Source of the DNA: Amoebidium appalachense
Lineage: Eukaryota; Protista; Ichthyosporea
Assembly (NCBI GenBank): GCA_963693365.1
Contig: CAVNZM010000011.1
Location: 3,821,835 to 3,885,834, forward strand
DNA: 64,000 nt
Direction: 5' to 3'
Under the pieces are notes generated by a model. The model made no database searches. It saw nothing but the letters and a program-made list of their open reading frames with translations, and was not told the DNA's origin. The position numbers and the translations under genes were made by a program. Shown one piece after another: positions 23,945 through 36,644 of this stretch. Every line of letters starts with the position of its first letter. Position 1 is the stretch's first letter.

Positions 23945-25768
23945 GTGCTCGGGCACATTCCCCTGCACAGGGCCCCGCTGCCCTCCCTGCCAACCCTCAC
24001 TTGGGCCAAGCTGCCCTACTCTAACCCCCCGGGGCCCTGCTGCCCCCCCCCCCCCCCCCCCAACCCCCCCCCCCCCCCCCCCCCGCTGCCGGGATCTCCC
24101 CAAGGGTACACCACCCTTGCTAACCACCCCTTCCCCCGAGGCTCAGACCCGGAGGCCCGCCCGCTGCCCCAGCACCACATTGACACCTCCCGCCTCCGGG
24201 AACTGCTGGCCTCCTACCCGGACCAACCATTCGCCGCACAACTCCTCCACGATGTCGAATTCGGCGTCGACATCGGCTATCGCGGCCCCTCCACCTCTCG
24301 GGTGGGCCCCAACCTACCCACCACCCCGGAGGCAGCTGCCGCTATCACGGTGGATATTGCCAAAGAAGTCGCCCTCGGCCACCTGCGCGGCCCCCTCTCC
24401 CCGGCCCAATTCTTTGACGAATTTCCCGTCCACCGTTCCTCCCCCATCGGCGCCGTTACCAAGAAAGGGAACCCCCCCAAGTACCGTCGAATCCACCACC
24501 TCTCCTGGCCCCGGGGTAGCAGTGTCAATGACAGCATCACCTACCCCGACGAACTTCAGTACATTCGCGCCCGGGATGTCACCCAACTCATTCTCGACGC
24601 AGGCCCCGGCTGCTACATGGCCGTGGCAGATGTGCAGGCTGCCTTCCGGCACATGCCCATCCGACCGGAAGACCACCACTTAATGGCATTCAAATGGCAA
24701 GGGCATTTTTACGTTGAAACCAGACTGCCCTTCGGCCTGAAATCTAGCCCAGCCATCTGGGAACGGATCGCGGCCACCCTACAGTGGCTGGCACACCAGC
24801 ACGGTATTACCCTCATCCGCCACTACGTAGACGACTGGATTATAGTCGCCCCCACACAACAGCAGTGCCAACGTCACCTATCCACCTTTCTGCAACTCTG
24901 CCGAGAGCTGCACATTGCCATCTCCGAAGACAAGATGCAGGGCCCGGCTACCCGTGTCGTCTTCATCGGTATCGAATTCGACTCCATCGCCATGGAGGCA
25001 CGAATCCCGGCTTCCAAGCTCTCGGACCTACTCGACCTCACTTCCCACCCAAAGCCCACCATCACCATTCGGGACCTCCAGTCCCTCCTCGGCAAACTCA
25101 CCTGGTGTGCCCAGCTGGTTCCCCCCGGGAGGGCCTTCTCCCAGCGCCTATGGGCCCTTCTCCGGACCCACCCACACCTTGCCGGCCACCACCACATACG
25201 ACTGACTGCTGCCGCCCGGGCCGACATAGCCGAATGGCACCAGTTCCTCACATCATGGAATGGGGTGCACCTCATCACACCCCCCACATACACCACCCTG
25301 GCCACTGATGCTGCCGGATCGGTGGGTCTAGGTGGCCACTGGCTCGACCAATGGTTCTTCATGCCCTGGTCCCCCTCCACCCAAGCCCTCTATGCTCATG
25401 AGGGTAAACTCGGTTCTTCCGTCATCGAACTCCTGGCCATCGCAGCCGCCGTGGCCCTCTGGGCCCCCTCCTGGTCCACCCACCATGTCCGTATTTTATG
25501 CGACAACACGGGTGCTGTGTCTGACCTGCACTCCCGGTCTTCCCCCCACCCCGTGATGGCCAAACTTATTCGGTTCATCACCCGCATGGAAATGCAATAC
25601 CAATTTACGTTACAGGCATCCTACCTACCAGGACCCCTCAACCATCTGGCCGATGCCATTTCTCGTAACCAACTTCCCCGGGCCCGACGACTCCGACCTT
25701 CCCTGCAACCGGAGCCCTGCCCCTTCCCCTCCTGGGTCCACGAGTTCCTATCCCTTCCCTTGGGCTAA
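23945..25768 (+). CDS. Ngaro reverse transcriptase / RNase H
   Basis: KYRRIHHLS, ADVQAAFRH, LPFGLKSSP, HYVDDW, LQSLLGKL, ATDAAG, IELLAI, CDN, NHLADAISR; true start uncertain. Confidence 0.93.
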   Translation: MLGHIPLHRAPLPSLPTLTWAKLPYSNPPGPCCPPPPPPNPPPPPPPLPGSPQGYTTLANHPFPRGSDPEARPLPQHHIDTSRLRELLASYPDQPFAAQLLHDVEFGVDIGYRGPSTSRVGPNLPTTPEAAAAITVDIAKEVALGHLRGPLSPAQFFDEFPVHRSSPIGAVTKKGNPPKYRRIHHLSWPRGSSVNDSITYPDELQYIRARDVTQLILDAGPGCYMAVADVQAAFRHMPIRPEDHHLMAFKWQGHFYVETRLPFGLKSSPAIWERIAATLQWLAHQHGITLIRHYVDDWIIVAPTQQQCQRHLSTFLQLCRELHIAISEDKMQGPATRVVFIGIEFDSIAMEARIPASKLSDLLDLTSHPKPTITIRDLQSLLGKLTWCAQLVPPGRAFSQRLWALLRTHPHLAGHHHIRLTAAARADIAEWHQFLTSWNGVHLITPPTYTTLATDAAGSVGLGGHWLDQWFFMPWSPSTQALYAHEGKLGSSVIELLAIAAAVALWAPSWSTHHVRILCDNTGAVSDLHSRSSPHPVMAKLIRFITRMEMQYQFTLQASYLPGPLNHLADAISRNQLPRARRLRPSLQPEPCPFPSWVHEFLSLPLG

Positions 25769-25769
25769 C

Positions 25770-26857
25770 CCCCCCCCCCCCCCCCCCCCCCCCCCAGATC
25801 TCCCGTTCCGGAGCAACACTGGCAGATTGGCCCCCCACTTTGCTCCGGCCGAGCTGCTTCGAGCCACCACTACCCTGCAGGAATGCCAGGCCCTGAGTCT
25901 CAACCTCGACTCTCGGGCCTTTTACTCCCGGGTGCAAAAAGTGTTCATCGATTTCTGTGTGGCATCTCGGCTGCAATCCTCCTCCGGGTCCTCCCTCCCG
26001 GCCTCCCCACACACCGTGCAACTTTTCTCGCCTGGTGTGCCCAACGAGGGGTACAGGCCTCTTCCTTAACCGGCTACAATTCGGCCATCACCAGGCTCCA
26101 CCTCGACATGGGCCTCCCTGCTCCCTACCCCCACGACAAGTCTCTGGCCTGGTTCCTACGGGGGGTGGGCCGATGGCAGCTTTCTCACAACATCCGACCC
26201 CGCTCATCCACCAGGGAACCCCTCCTCCCCTCCCACCTCCGCCTACTCCATGGCCAGTGCCCCACCAAGGCCTCCTCGGCCAATCTCCGGCTATGGACGG
26301 CCCTCATCGTCGGTTTCTGTGGTCTCCTCCGTTCAGGGGAATTTACCTCCAAGACCCTGACTTCTTTCGACCCGTCCCGTCACGTTAAACGGAAGGACGT
26401 GACCTTCAGCTACACCCCCACCGGTACTTTGTCCCATGCCACCCTCCACCTGCCAACCTCTAAGACGGATGTACAGGCCCGAGGTGTCAACGTCACCCTA
26501 GCTGCCCTGCCCCTCACCCACTTCTCCCCAGCCCATCTCCTCCGGCAGTTCCTGGATACAACGTCCGGTCAACCCGACGACCCCCTCTTCAGTCTCGGTG
26601 GCATCCCCTACACCAAGAGTGCTTTCTCTGCCGATTTCCGTGCCCTCCTCTCCCGGGCAGGCCTCTCACCCTCCCGGTTTGCCGGACACAGCCTCCGCAT
26701 CGGGGGGGCCACAGCACTGGCTGAGGCCGGGGTCGACGACTCCCGGATCAAACAACTCGGCAGGTGGTCCTCCGACTGCTTCCTGATCTATACCCGACTT
26801 CGTCCGGCCTCCATTGCTGCCACCACCACACGTGTATTCGCCTCTATTCTTAAGTGA
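25770..26857 (+). CDS. Ngaro tyrosine recombinase (one 1-nt indel in the T-run at ~26023-26026)
   Basis: LLRSGE, SKTD, GHSLRIGGAT, LGRWSS and FLIY catalytic motifs intact. The N-terminal part (..SRAFYSRVQKVFIDFC..) lies in another frame. Confidence 0.9.
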
Positions 26858-28177
26858 AACCTTTGGAGCAAGCATACTGCTCTCGTGCCGTGGTTTACAA
26901 CCATTGCAGGTTCACTTTCGTCCAAGGGGATGTCCCCCTAGAGGCAACACACGTCCCGGAGTAGTTTTTCATAGAGGTTTTATTTGTGGAAATTATTGAC
27001 ATAAATATTTTTCTGGGTAAACACGTAGGATGGGTGTTCAATACCAACATAACCATGTAGGCTTCATTTCGTGTTTTAGCAGTTAGCGGTTGGCTGCCCG
27101 CACACGGGCACCTATTAGCCAGTCAAAACATCAGATACCACAGATCACTAGACCGAGTTATGATTGGCTCGGATCAGATTTCACATATCACTAGATCGAT
27201 TTTTGATTGGTTCAGATCGGTAGGCTTAGGTATATAAGCACGACAGTTTTTAGCAGATCAGCAAGCTACAAACACATCTTCTGTGTTTAGCATCCACAGC
27301 CTTACAGCTATATATTCCTTTTCACCCACCCACCTACACCCACACACAACCCCCATTGATCCACACATACGTGCTGTTTTTTCACGGGGCGAAGCCTTCC
27401 CCCGTTTTTTGGGCACATGGACCTCACGGATCAATAAATTGATGACTGGGGGCTTGCCGTGGTTTACAACCATTGCAGGTTCACTTTCGTCCAAGGGGAT
27501 GTCCCCCTAGAGGCAACACACGTCCCGGAGTAGTTTTTCATAGATATGAGGATAGTATATCTCTGTGATATCCAAAAAAGTTCTTTCATATCTATTTGGT
27601 ATCCATTTTTCATCCGGAAAAAAACAGATATATTCAGTTTTTCAGAAAATTTTATGATAACTATCTAATATCATTTAGATAAATGTTGACTATCTCAAAA
27701 GATATGTAATTGGATGCCGGATGCCATACGCCCATCTGCAATATCTACATCCCCATCCCGGAGGGGTATCGGGATGGAAAACGTTGGATGGGCGCCTAAT
27801 ATTAGAACGATATTAGACTAATATCTGTTTTGGAATTTCGGTATCTATGATATCATAAATGTTTTTTGGATGGGGGTCGTCCTTTGCTGATGTACACACC
27901 CTGGTTTTCACTAGCAAGTTGCAGAGCAGCGGACCAAGTCTTGGTGTTTGTGTTTGTGAGGGGAGGGGGGTGGGTGGGTGGGGGAAGGGGGGGGGGGGGG
28001 AGGGGAGGGGGGGGAGTGTTGGGGGGGGGGGGGGGGGGGAAGGTAAGGGGGGGAGGGGGAGAGGGAGGGAGGGGGATAACTAGGTGCATGATGATGGTGG
28101 CGGGACATTATCTCTTTAAATTTAGTGACCATTAAAGTTTGTAGACTGCCACCGTAGGCCAGCCTATGTACCTAACT

Positions 28178-28222
<45 letters not shown>

Positions 28223-28683
28223 AAGCGCGCGCACGCGTATGTGCGCATGTGTGTGCGTGTGTGTCTGTGCCTGTGTGTGCATGCTTGTGCGACTTCCGTG
28301 TGTGCGTGTGGATGTGTATCACGGTGCTGGCGCCATCACGTGTGCGTGTGTGCGTGCGTGCGCGTGGACTGGCGTGCATGTGTGCGTGTGCGTTTGTGAG
28401 CATTGTGTGCGTGTGTGCCTGCATGCGTGTGTGTAAAGTGCACCCGCTTGTGTACGACAGCTCCGATAGTATAGGCTCACACAAGATTCAATACTTTTAG
28501 AAAGAAATAAGTTAACCGTCAGGTTGTAAAGGTAAGAGACCCTTTTGGCTATTACCATCATTGTAATGAAATTTCTTTAGAGGTCGACTAGTACTTGCTA
28601 GACAAAACCCCAACCTCCCACCTGGCACACCCAGCCCTTCATCCCCCCCCCTTCCCCCCCCCCTTCCCCCTCTCCTCTGCCCC

Positions 28684-28717
<34 letters not shown>

Positions 28718-28764
28718 CTCCCTCCCTCCTCCCCCCGATCCCCCCTCTCCACACACCCAACCCT

Positions 28765-28797
<33 letters not shown>

Positions 28798-29568
28798 TTC
28801 AACCATATCCATGTGTGCAATGCCCCGGGGCACAGCTACACATTTGAAAGTTGTTCCCATGACACCGTGCTGCACTCAGTTATATAAGTTCCAGTTGGGC
28901 TTGTTAACATGCTTAGGTTCTTGAAGTGCTCCGGTAGATTAAGTACTAGTTCCCTTTTTGTCCTGAAGTTGCTTTTAGCGATTGCTGTTATGCCCTCCAA
29001 ATCCTTTGTTCGAGTTTACTTTCATTTTTTTTCATTCCTTTCCGTCTCTCTCTCTCTCTTCATACTAATTTTTTTCTTTGACTTTTTCTTCCCTATTTCT
29101 TCCGTTTGTGTGTGTGGGCGTATGTGCCTTATTTTTTTATTCAATTTTTTATTTCTTTTATTTCTTTTTCTTTTTTTTTGGGGGGGGGGGGGGGGTGGGG
29201 ATGGGAAGGGGGGGGGGGGGGGGGGGGGGGGGGGGGTACTTAGAGGCGCCTGTTTGTAAGCTGAGAAGGGCAAAAGAGGACAGTGAAACAAAAACAATAG
29301 CTTATGGTATCGTCATCCCCCCCCCCCCCCCCCCCCCCCCCCCTCCACCACACACACACACACACACAAGCACATAATTCTTAAAATAAAGAAAAATAAA
29401 GAGCGTCATTCCACCTATAATACCACGTCAATAAAAGGGTAGCCTTTGAAAATCGGACCAGTAGACAAGCAAGGCAAACTAGCGCTTAACTTAAGCTTTC
29501 TGCAGCAGTCATTGCCACCGGAGAAACTGTTTAATTCCTCGAGAGTCTACTAATAGCCATCACTCTTC

Positions 29569-29604
<36 letters not shown>

Positions 29605-29853
29605 AGGGCACAAATACAGAACAAAACCAAACAACAAAAATCCTATTAACGTACTTGTCATGTGTCTGCAATCAACTATAGCACATACCATCCCCATCAC
29701 CCCACCCCCTCTGTCAGGAAATTTCTGCACAGACACTGCTAGCATGAGTCAGGATTTTTTCATCTACCCCACAACCCCCCCCCCCCCCTCCCCCCGCCCC
29801 CCCCCCCTCTCCTCCCCCCCTCCCCCTGCGGCCCTCTACCCCAACAAACCGTT

Positions 29854-29903
<50 letters not shown>

Positions 29904-29939
29904 TACAAGCGCACACACACACACACGCACACGTACACA

Positions 29940-30014
<75 letters not shown>

Positions 30015-30018
30015 CGTG

Positions 30019-30086
<68 letters not shown>

Positions 30087-30229
30087 TGACACACACGCGT
30101 GCGCGCACTCACTCACGCACACACACACAAAGTAGAACTTGCCCTTTGAGTGATTTTGTGTTCCAACTCTTTAAGCATATGATCATTTAGCTCCGGGAGT
30201 CCCTGTTCCATATGTTCTATAGGGCCAGT

Positions 30230-31404
30230 TATGTGTACGTGCACTATCATCATCTCGGAGTCAATTTTTGGCACTGTTGTCGTAGTTCTCTACCCCCCCT
30301 CCCCCCGGCCCCCCCCCGGACCCCCCTCTCTCTCCCCCCCCCCCCCCCCTCCCCCCTTCCGTTCCTCAAGAACAACCCCCCCTCCCCCCCCCCTTCCCCT
30401 CCCCACCTACCCTCCTCCCCCTCGCCCCCCCCCCCCCCCCCCCCCGGTCCTTCTAATCCTTCATCCCTCCCTCTTCCCCATATATCCTCCTACATCCAAT
30501 CACCTTGAAAGAGATGTGTTATTATGATGCACAATCGTCGAGTCAATGGCTAACATGCGAAGTGGCTCAGTAGATCCCCCCTCCCCCCCCCCCCCCCCCT
30601 CTCCCCCCCCCTCCCTCCCTTCCCTCCACCGCCCCTCCCTCTCCCCCCACACGTCCCCATCAGCCCACGGTTCCCCAGACACCCCTCCCTCCCCTCCCCT
30701 GTCCGTAGGCAACCTCATGCATAAGGGGAGTAAAGTTTCCTATTTCAATGGCTTGCTAGTCCAATCGATTACCCCTGCCTCCGTTATATCTGAGACTCCC
30801 TTGTCCCTATCTTCAGTTAACTGAAAGTACATATTACATTATGCGTGATCAATAATTGTTACAAGTGCCATATATAGCATACCCCTCCCCCCCCCCCCCC
30901 AAGGAACGCCCCCTTCCCCCCCCCCCCCCCCCCCCTGCTCTCCCGCTCCCTCTCCCCGTTCCCTACACATATTAGTCCTATCTTCAGTCAACTGAAAGTG
31001 TGTATTACAATATCATATTATCCACAATCAGTTGTTACCAGTGTCTCCCCCCCCCTCCCCCCGGGCCCGTTTCCCATATATTAATCTTATGTGTGTTATA
31101 ACGTGCACGGTCAATTGTTACCAGTGTTTCGCATGCCCATCCTCCCCCCCCCCCCCCCCCCCCTTCTCCTCCCCCTCCCCCCCCCCCCCTTCTCCTCCCC
31201 CCCCCCCCCCCCCCCCCCCCCACCTCGCCTTCCCCCCGGTACTCCTCCCTCCCCCCGCACCCCCCGTTCCCCAGGAACACACACAACCTTCCCCCCCCCC
31301 CCCCCCCCCCTCCCCCCCCTCCCCCGGTTCCATATATATTAATCCTATCTTCAATTGAAAGCGCGTGTTATGCACGATCAAATGTTACCACTATCTCAGC
31401 ATAT

Positions 31405-31438
<34 letters not shown>

Positions 31439-32050
31439 CACCCCCCCCCCCCCCCCCCCCCTCTCCCCCCGCTTCTCCCTTAAACCTTCCCTCTTCCCCC
31501 CCCCCCCCCCCCTCGCTCCCCAGAGATCCTCCCCCCCCCCCCCTCCCCACCACCACCACCACAACCAACACCCACCCACCCATCCCCGCCGGCCTCTATA
31601 GCAGACCTCACACATTACAGTACCACCGTTTAGCTATATAAATGACTTTCATGATCAGAATCTATTCCAATCCTTTGGACGATCTTTATCTCTCCCTTTT
31701 TCTATATATCTCGTATCATGATGTGCACGATCATCGGGTCGATTGGTAAGTTTACAGTTTTCTTGTGGTACAATGTGCGCAGTGTTTTAGTATTTGGTCT
31801 CCCCTGGGGTCCCCTGAGGCTCCGACCCTTCCCCCCCCCCCCCGCTCACCACCACCACCCCCGCCCGTTCCCCAGGAACCTCCCCCCTGCCCCCACCTCC
31901 CCTCATGCATTGGCAGAGTTACCTATATTGACGATCTGTTGCAGGTATATTGCAAATCATACATTTTTATCAACCCCTCGTCCTTATGTTCATCCTATAC
32001 TATGTAAAAGTACCCATGTGGATCCATGATATTTTGTTACCAGTGTCTGC
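30230..32050. repeat. Degenerate array of a ~60-70-bp AT-rich motif separated by C-rich tracts
   Basis: Recurring catatattaatcctatcttca..tgaaag..gtgtta..tgcacgatca..tgttaccagtgt at ~30480, 30805, 30970, 31075, 31330; partial at 30240, 31720, 32035. Confidence 0.65.
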
Positions 32051-32368
32051 CTTTCTTGATCTGCCTTCAAACCTTGCGAGGGTTTCACAGACTTGATACC
32101 ATGACCATCATGACAGCCACACACGTGTGATTGTGAGTGTTAGTGAGTTCCTCCCCTTCCCCCCCACCCCCCACCCCCACACGCAACACTGACTGTTCTT
32201 CTCCCGCACCTATACACCATATCCTTAACCCAGAGCGGTCATTTTTCTTGCGGTTGCTATTACCATCGAGCAAAAAAAGACATTGTTGAGGTCATGCTGG
32301 CACCTTATATGTGCACCGTAGGTGTTCCCCCCCCTCTCCCCCCGGCCTCTATGGCTGCTTCGTGCAAA

Positions 32369-32408
<40 letters not shown>

Positions 32409-32464
32409 CACAGCACGCTTGTGCGCGTGCATACGCATGCACGCACACGCACGTGTACACGCAC

Positions 32465-32515
<51 letters not shown>

Positions 32516-33542
32516 TGCACGCACGCACACACGCACACAAGCACGAATGCACGCGTGCGGGCGCTGATGCTTGCGCGCACACACGACCACAAACAAACAC
32601 ACACACACACACACACACATGCGCGCGCGTAAAAAAACATGCACGCACACACATACATATGCTGATATCAACTCGGTCACTCTTTTGCCTTAACATGCCT
32701 CATATGACACTGCCCCGCCCGCCCCTCCCCCCCCCCCTCCCTCCCCCCTCCCCCCCCTCCCAGTCCACCCCCAACCATCGATCCCCTCTGCTCTCCCTCC
32801 TCTGGCATGTAAAGTTGGTTCGTTGCTTATTTGCTTCTTCTCTTACTCTGTTTGTTGCTTCTTTTTTCTTCGTTGATTCTTGCATCGTCTTTTGTTTTCG
32901 CTTCCTGTTACCCTCCGGCAAGCACCATCTCCCCGGTGTCCTGGCCGTAACCCCCTAGCTTGTCTCGTTGCATGTTTGCTTGGGTCTTCATTGCTTCTTT
33001 ACATGTTTTTTTGAAAGTTTGCTTATTGCTTTGTGACTTCTTGTTGCGTTGCTTATAAATATTGCTTCATTGCTTCATTGCTTCTTTACTTATGATGGTT
33101 AATTGCCGACTGTTTCGTACCCTCCTCCACTAGCAGCTCGTTTCAATGATTTTTGGTCCTTTGCTAATCATCCTTTTCTTTTCTTTTCGTTCTTTGATTG
33201 CTACTGCGCCTCTTTATTTGTTGCTTCCCCTCCCCCTCCCCGCTTAGAAGGGGGGGGGGGGGGGGGGGGGGGAAGGACTCTTGGCTCTTGCTGATTGCCA
33301 TGCTGAAGCCGGATACCAGACAAAGTTTATGCTGATTTTAAATAAGGGGCCAGCCCTCCAGGACCTTGTGTATGGATACAATTGGATATGCCGTAACGGT
33401 ATAATAGGGTCACCTAAAACACCTGGTGTACATGCGACTTACATCCGAATGGCCGGCAGGAGCAGACAATAAATCAGCGGCATTGACACCCCGTCGTTCC
33501 CGTGTTTGCTCCCCCCCCCCCCCCCCCCTCCCCCCCCCCCCC

Positions 33543-33606
<64 letters not shown>

Positions 33607-33756
33607 CCCCCGCCCGTCCCGGTGGTGGAGCTCGATCGAGGATAGCTAGGCTCTGCGTATGATGCATGCTCCTTGTGTGGTATGCACTCTGCATTTTGTT
33701 GTCCAAACCCTTATGTGAACGGCACACATACTAAAGTACTAAAAATAACCCCGCAG

Positions 33757-33790
<34 letters not shown>

Positions 33791-34154
33791 TTCCCCCCCA
33801 CCCACCCCTACGGGGCCCTTCCCCCCCTAGGCCTATTCCATCCCCCCGAACTCCTCCCCCCCAAAATACCACCGCCAACCACCACCATCACCACGGTGGC
33901 CACCACCACCGCACACACACATGTCCGTAACACACAAACACACACACACACAAACACGTGTACACACACACACACCCATACACACACACACACGTGCACA
34001 AACACATGTACCCACCCACCCACACACATGCACACACATGCACACACACGCACACATGTTCAGCGTCACCCACCCACCCACACCCACACACCCATACATA
34101 CACACACACTGTGACACACAGGCACACACACACACACACAGACACAAACACACA

Positions 34155-34222
<68 letters not shown>

Positions 34223-34416
34223 ACACACACGCACACACACACGCACATACACACGACGTACACACACACACATACACACACACACACGCACGCACGCACG
34301 CACACACGCACGCACACATACACGTGCACGACGAATAGTAAACACACAAACACACGCACACTACACACACACACGCACACGCACACACACGCACACACAC
34401 GCACACACATACACAC

Positions 34417-34497
<81 letters not shown>

Positions 34498-34554
34498 CCC
34501 ACACGCAGACACACACACACAAAGACACATGTGACGTAGATATACATCGAGTCA

Positions 34555-34757
34555 CCCCAGACACGGAAGCCCCCCAGATCAATAAACATCACGATGTAAA
34601 TGGGACCTGGCGTCCTCAGTTTTTTCCTTCACACAAACACAAACCAAACTCGTGTCCCCGGTGTCGAGGCCATCCCCAGACACGGAAGGCCCCCAGATCA
34701 ATAAACATCACGATGTAAATGGGGCTTCCGGGACCTGGCGTCCTCAGTCTTTTCCTT
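34555..34757. repeat. ~120-bp tandem duplication
   Basis: ccccagacacggaag.ccccagatcaataaacatcacgatgtaaatggg..acctggcgtcctcagt occurs twice. Confidence 0.85.
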
Positions 34758-35552
34758 GTCCAAAACATATTTCTTGTCAACGAAAGCTGTGGCCATCCGT
34801 CCCCCATCCGACTTTCATCCGTGTTCAAATTCATGTTCCCATCACATTTCGATGTCGCACACACCGGCATGGTTCGGACCGATTGGTCAGCTTAGCGCGA
34901 CGTGAGTCCCCCAACACCTATCATTTTGTGATGCAACTTTATTTGTTTCTTTTGACTTATTTCATTTAACCACCTATGTACATAAATACTTTTTTAAATA
35001 TAAAAATATTATAATGAACAGTTCTTTTACTTTTGTGATATGAATCGCCATTTTCAATGTTTAGTCACATTTTTGGTGACTGCAAGAATCAGATAAGATC
35101 TTCTCGCCCGAGCGTTAGGAGTTTTGGGGGAACTCCAAGCTGAAGCGGGCAAACCATACCAAATTCAACCATACCAAATTACGTAACTTCACGTTGGTGC
35201 CTGAGGGCTGAGGCAGCCGAGCTTGTAAACAAACTCACACACCGTAACAAAACTGCCTATAGTATCATACTACAGCTCTTAGGAGTCTTTAAATACACTT
35301 TTCAGCATATCTTTCTTAATCAAGTGAAATTAAGCCGTTGACTTCCGGACATGTGCATAATCATAGACATTGCCCTGTCCAATGGTGATCAGCAGACGAT
35401 ATTGTTTGCACGCCTCTTAACGACGCTATTACTACTGGTCAGAGGCCTCAGCTCCAGCACTATAAAAAGGCTTCAATGTAACACCGCAACACAAACCTGT
35501 TTACCATGCCTCACTGTCTGTGCAGATAATTACATTCGAGCGATTTTGCTTT

Positions 35553-36644
35553 ATGGAACAAAAAACTACAAAACAGGCCTCGGAAATGGCACAGTGCTAC
35601 TACAGAAGGCTCAGCCTCTACTCCGGCGACATTCCTGCCGTTGACTTTTCTTGGAAGCTCAACCGGCCTCTACCTCTGCTGCTCGAACGAGGGGCTTCAC
35701 CCGGGACTCAAGCCAACTATACGAGTCGGCGCATGGGGCTTCTAGTGCCCATGCCCGGGAAAGAGGGAGTGGTCACGCTGCTGGTAGCAAACCTCGCTGA
35801 GGACCCCACACAGCAGCGCATGGTGCCTGTGCAGGATATGTACGCATCATGGGATGATGTCGGTGACACTGGAAACATCCTCCCAACAAAATCTACCAGA
35901 GACGCCGTGGCAGCACAGCGCGGTCACTGTAGTAGTGTTCATCATGTTTCGGAGCTTGAGTGGAAGGTGAGCCTCAGGGTAATTTCTTTCGGGTTTGTTC
36001 CCGAGTCTGAGACGCCCATCAACATCTGCGTACTGCCCGACAGCGATATCTGGTGTGCCCTCAATGTGCACGAGGCAATGCTCGGGGATGGTCCCACTCT
36101 GCCATTGGATGTTCTGTGTGAGAGGTTGGGGCTCACCCTCTCGAACGACCACTACCCAACAGACATTACTATGTATACTTCCTACCAATACCTGGCGTTC
36201 CCTTCAAGAAAATATGCTGATAAATGCCTCGCCCGTATTTGCCTGCCCTTGTTTTCTGAACGTCAAACGGATGACATTTTCAAGTCGCAGCCTTTTGCAG
36301 CAGAGGGTACACCCTGGAGCTCGATTGTGCGTGCATCCAAACGGCCCTTAACGAAGATAAATGGCAGCAGCGGAGATGAATCATACACAACTCCGAAGGT
36401 CAAGAGGGTCAAGAAGAATGCCGCTGTTGTCCTTTCAGCGCCGCCGCCGGCTGTGCGGGCCACCGGTCTGGTATTAGATCGAGATGAACTGGGGGGCAGG
36501 GCTTTTGACGACATACTTAGGAGGATAGTGCAGAATAGGATTAAGTTTTTTCAGAATGAGAGAGCTCGGTTGCAAGCACATCGGCAGGTTGAAGATTCAA
36601 ATAAGAAAAATTCGAAAAGAACACGAGGGGCCGGAAATGAGTGA
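35553..36644 (+). CDS. Unknown family X, copy 2 (363 aa, intronless; coiled-coil tail short)
   Basis: Open ORF with TATA (tataaaa) at 35461; aligns with 15442-16745 and 58690-59985; basic patch TPKVKRVKKN. Confidence 0.75.
   Translation: MEQKTTKQASEMAQCYYRRLSLYSGDIPAVDFSWKLNRPLPLLLERGASPGTQANYTSRRMGLLVPMPGKEGVVTLLVANLAEDPTQQRMVPVQDMYASWDDVGDTGNILPTKSTRDAVAAQRGHCSSVHHVSELEWKVSLRVISFGFVPESETPINICVLPDSDIWCALNVHEAMLGDGPTLPLDVLCERLGLTLSNDHYPTDITMYTSYQYLAFPSRKYADKCLARICLPLFSERQTDDIFKSQPFAAEGTPWSSIVRASKRPLTKINGSSGDESYTTPKVKRVKKNAAVVLSAPPPAVRATGLVLDRDELGGRAFDDILRRIVQNRIKFFQNERARLQAHRQVEDSNKKNSKRTRGAGNE

Larger units (their letters stand above)
22086..27543 (+). mobile_element. Structurally complete tyrosine-recombinase retrotransposon, Ngaro type (split direct repeats A1-ORFs-B1-A2-B2)
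   Basis: A1 22086-22436 = A2 26975-27325 (351 bp, 1 mismatch seen); B1 26886-26974 = B2 27455-27543 (89 bp). Gag, RT/RNase H and YR present; no methyltransferase domain seen after RNase H. Confidence 0.93.
17680..27892. mobile_element. Large TIR element with GATATC-rich subterminal repeats, hosting a 147-bp satellite and an Ngaro insertion
   Basis: TIR catcagcaaagg (17680-17691) and cctttgctgatg (27881-27892), imperfectly extending to cccatcca/tggatggg. TA on both sides (17678-17679, 27893-27894). Same gatatc/ggaatgata-rich texture at both ends and on both sides of the Ngaro. Confidence 0.7.

Noticed and set aside
28164-34718. Dozens of ORFs of CVCV/HTHT/PPPP/GGGG type (also ERER/LSLS at 43-44 kb and 60-62 kb)
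   Set aside because: Translations of (CA)n, (AG)n and poly-G/C tracts that lack stops by composition
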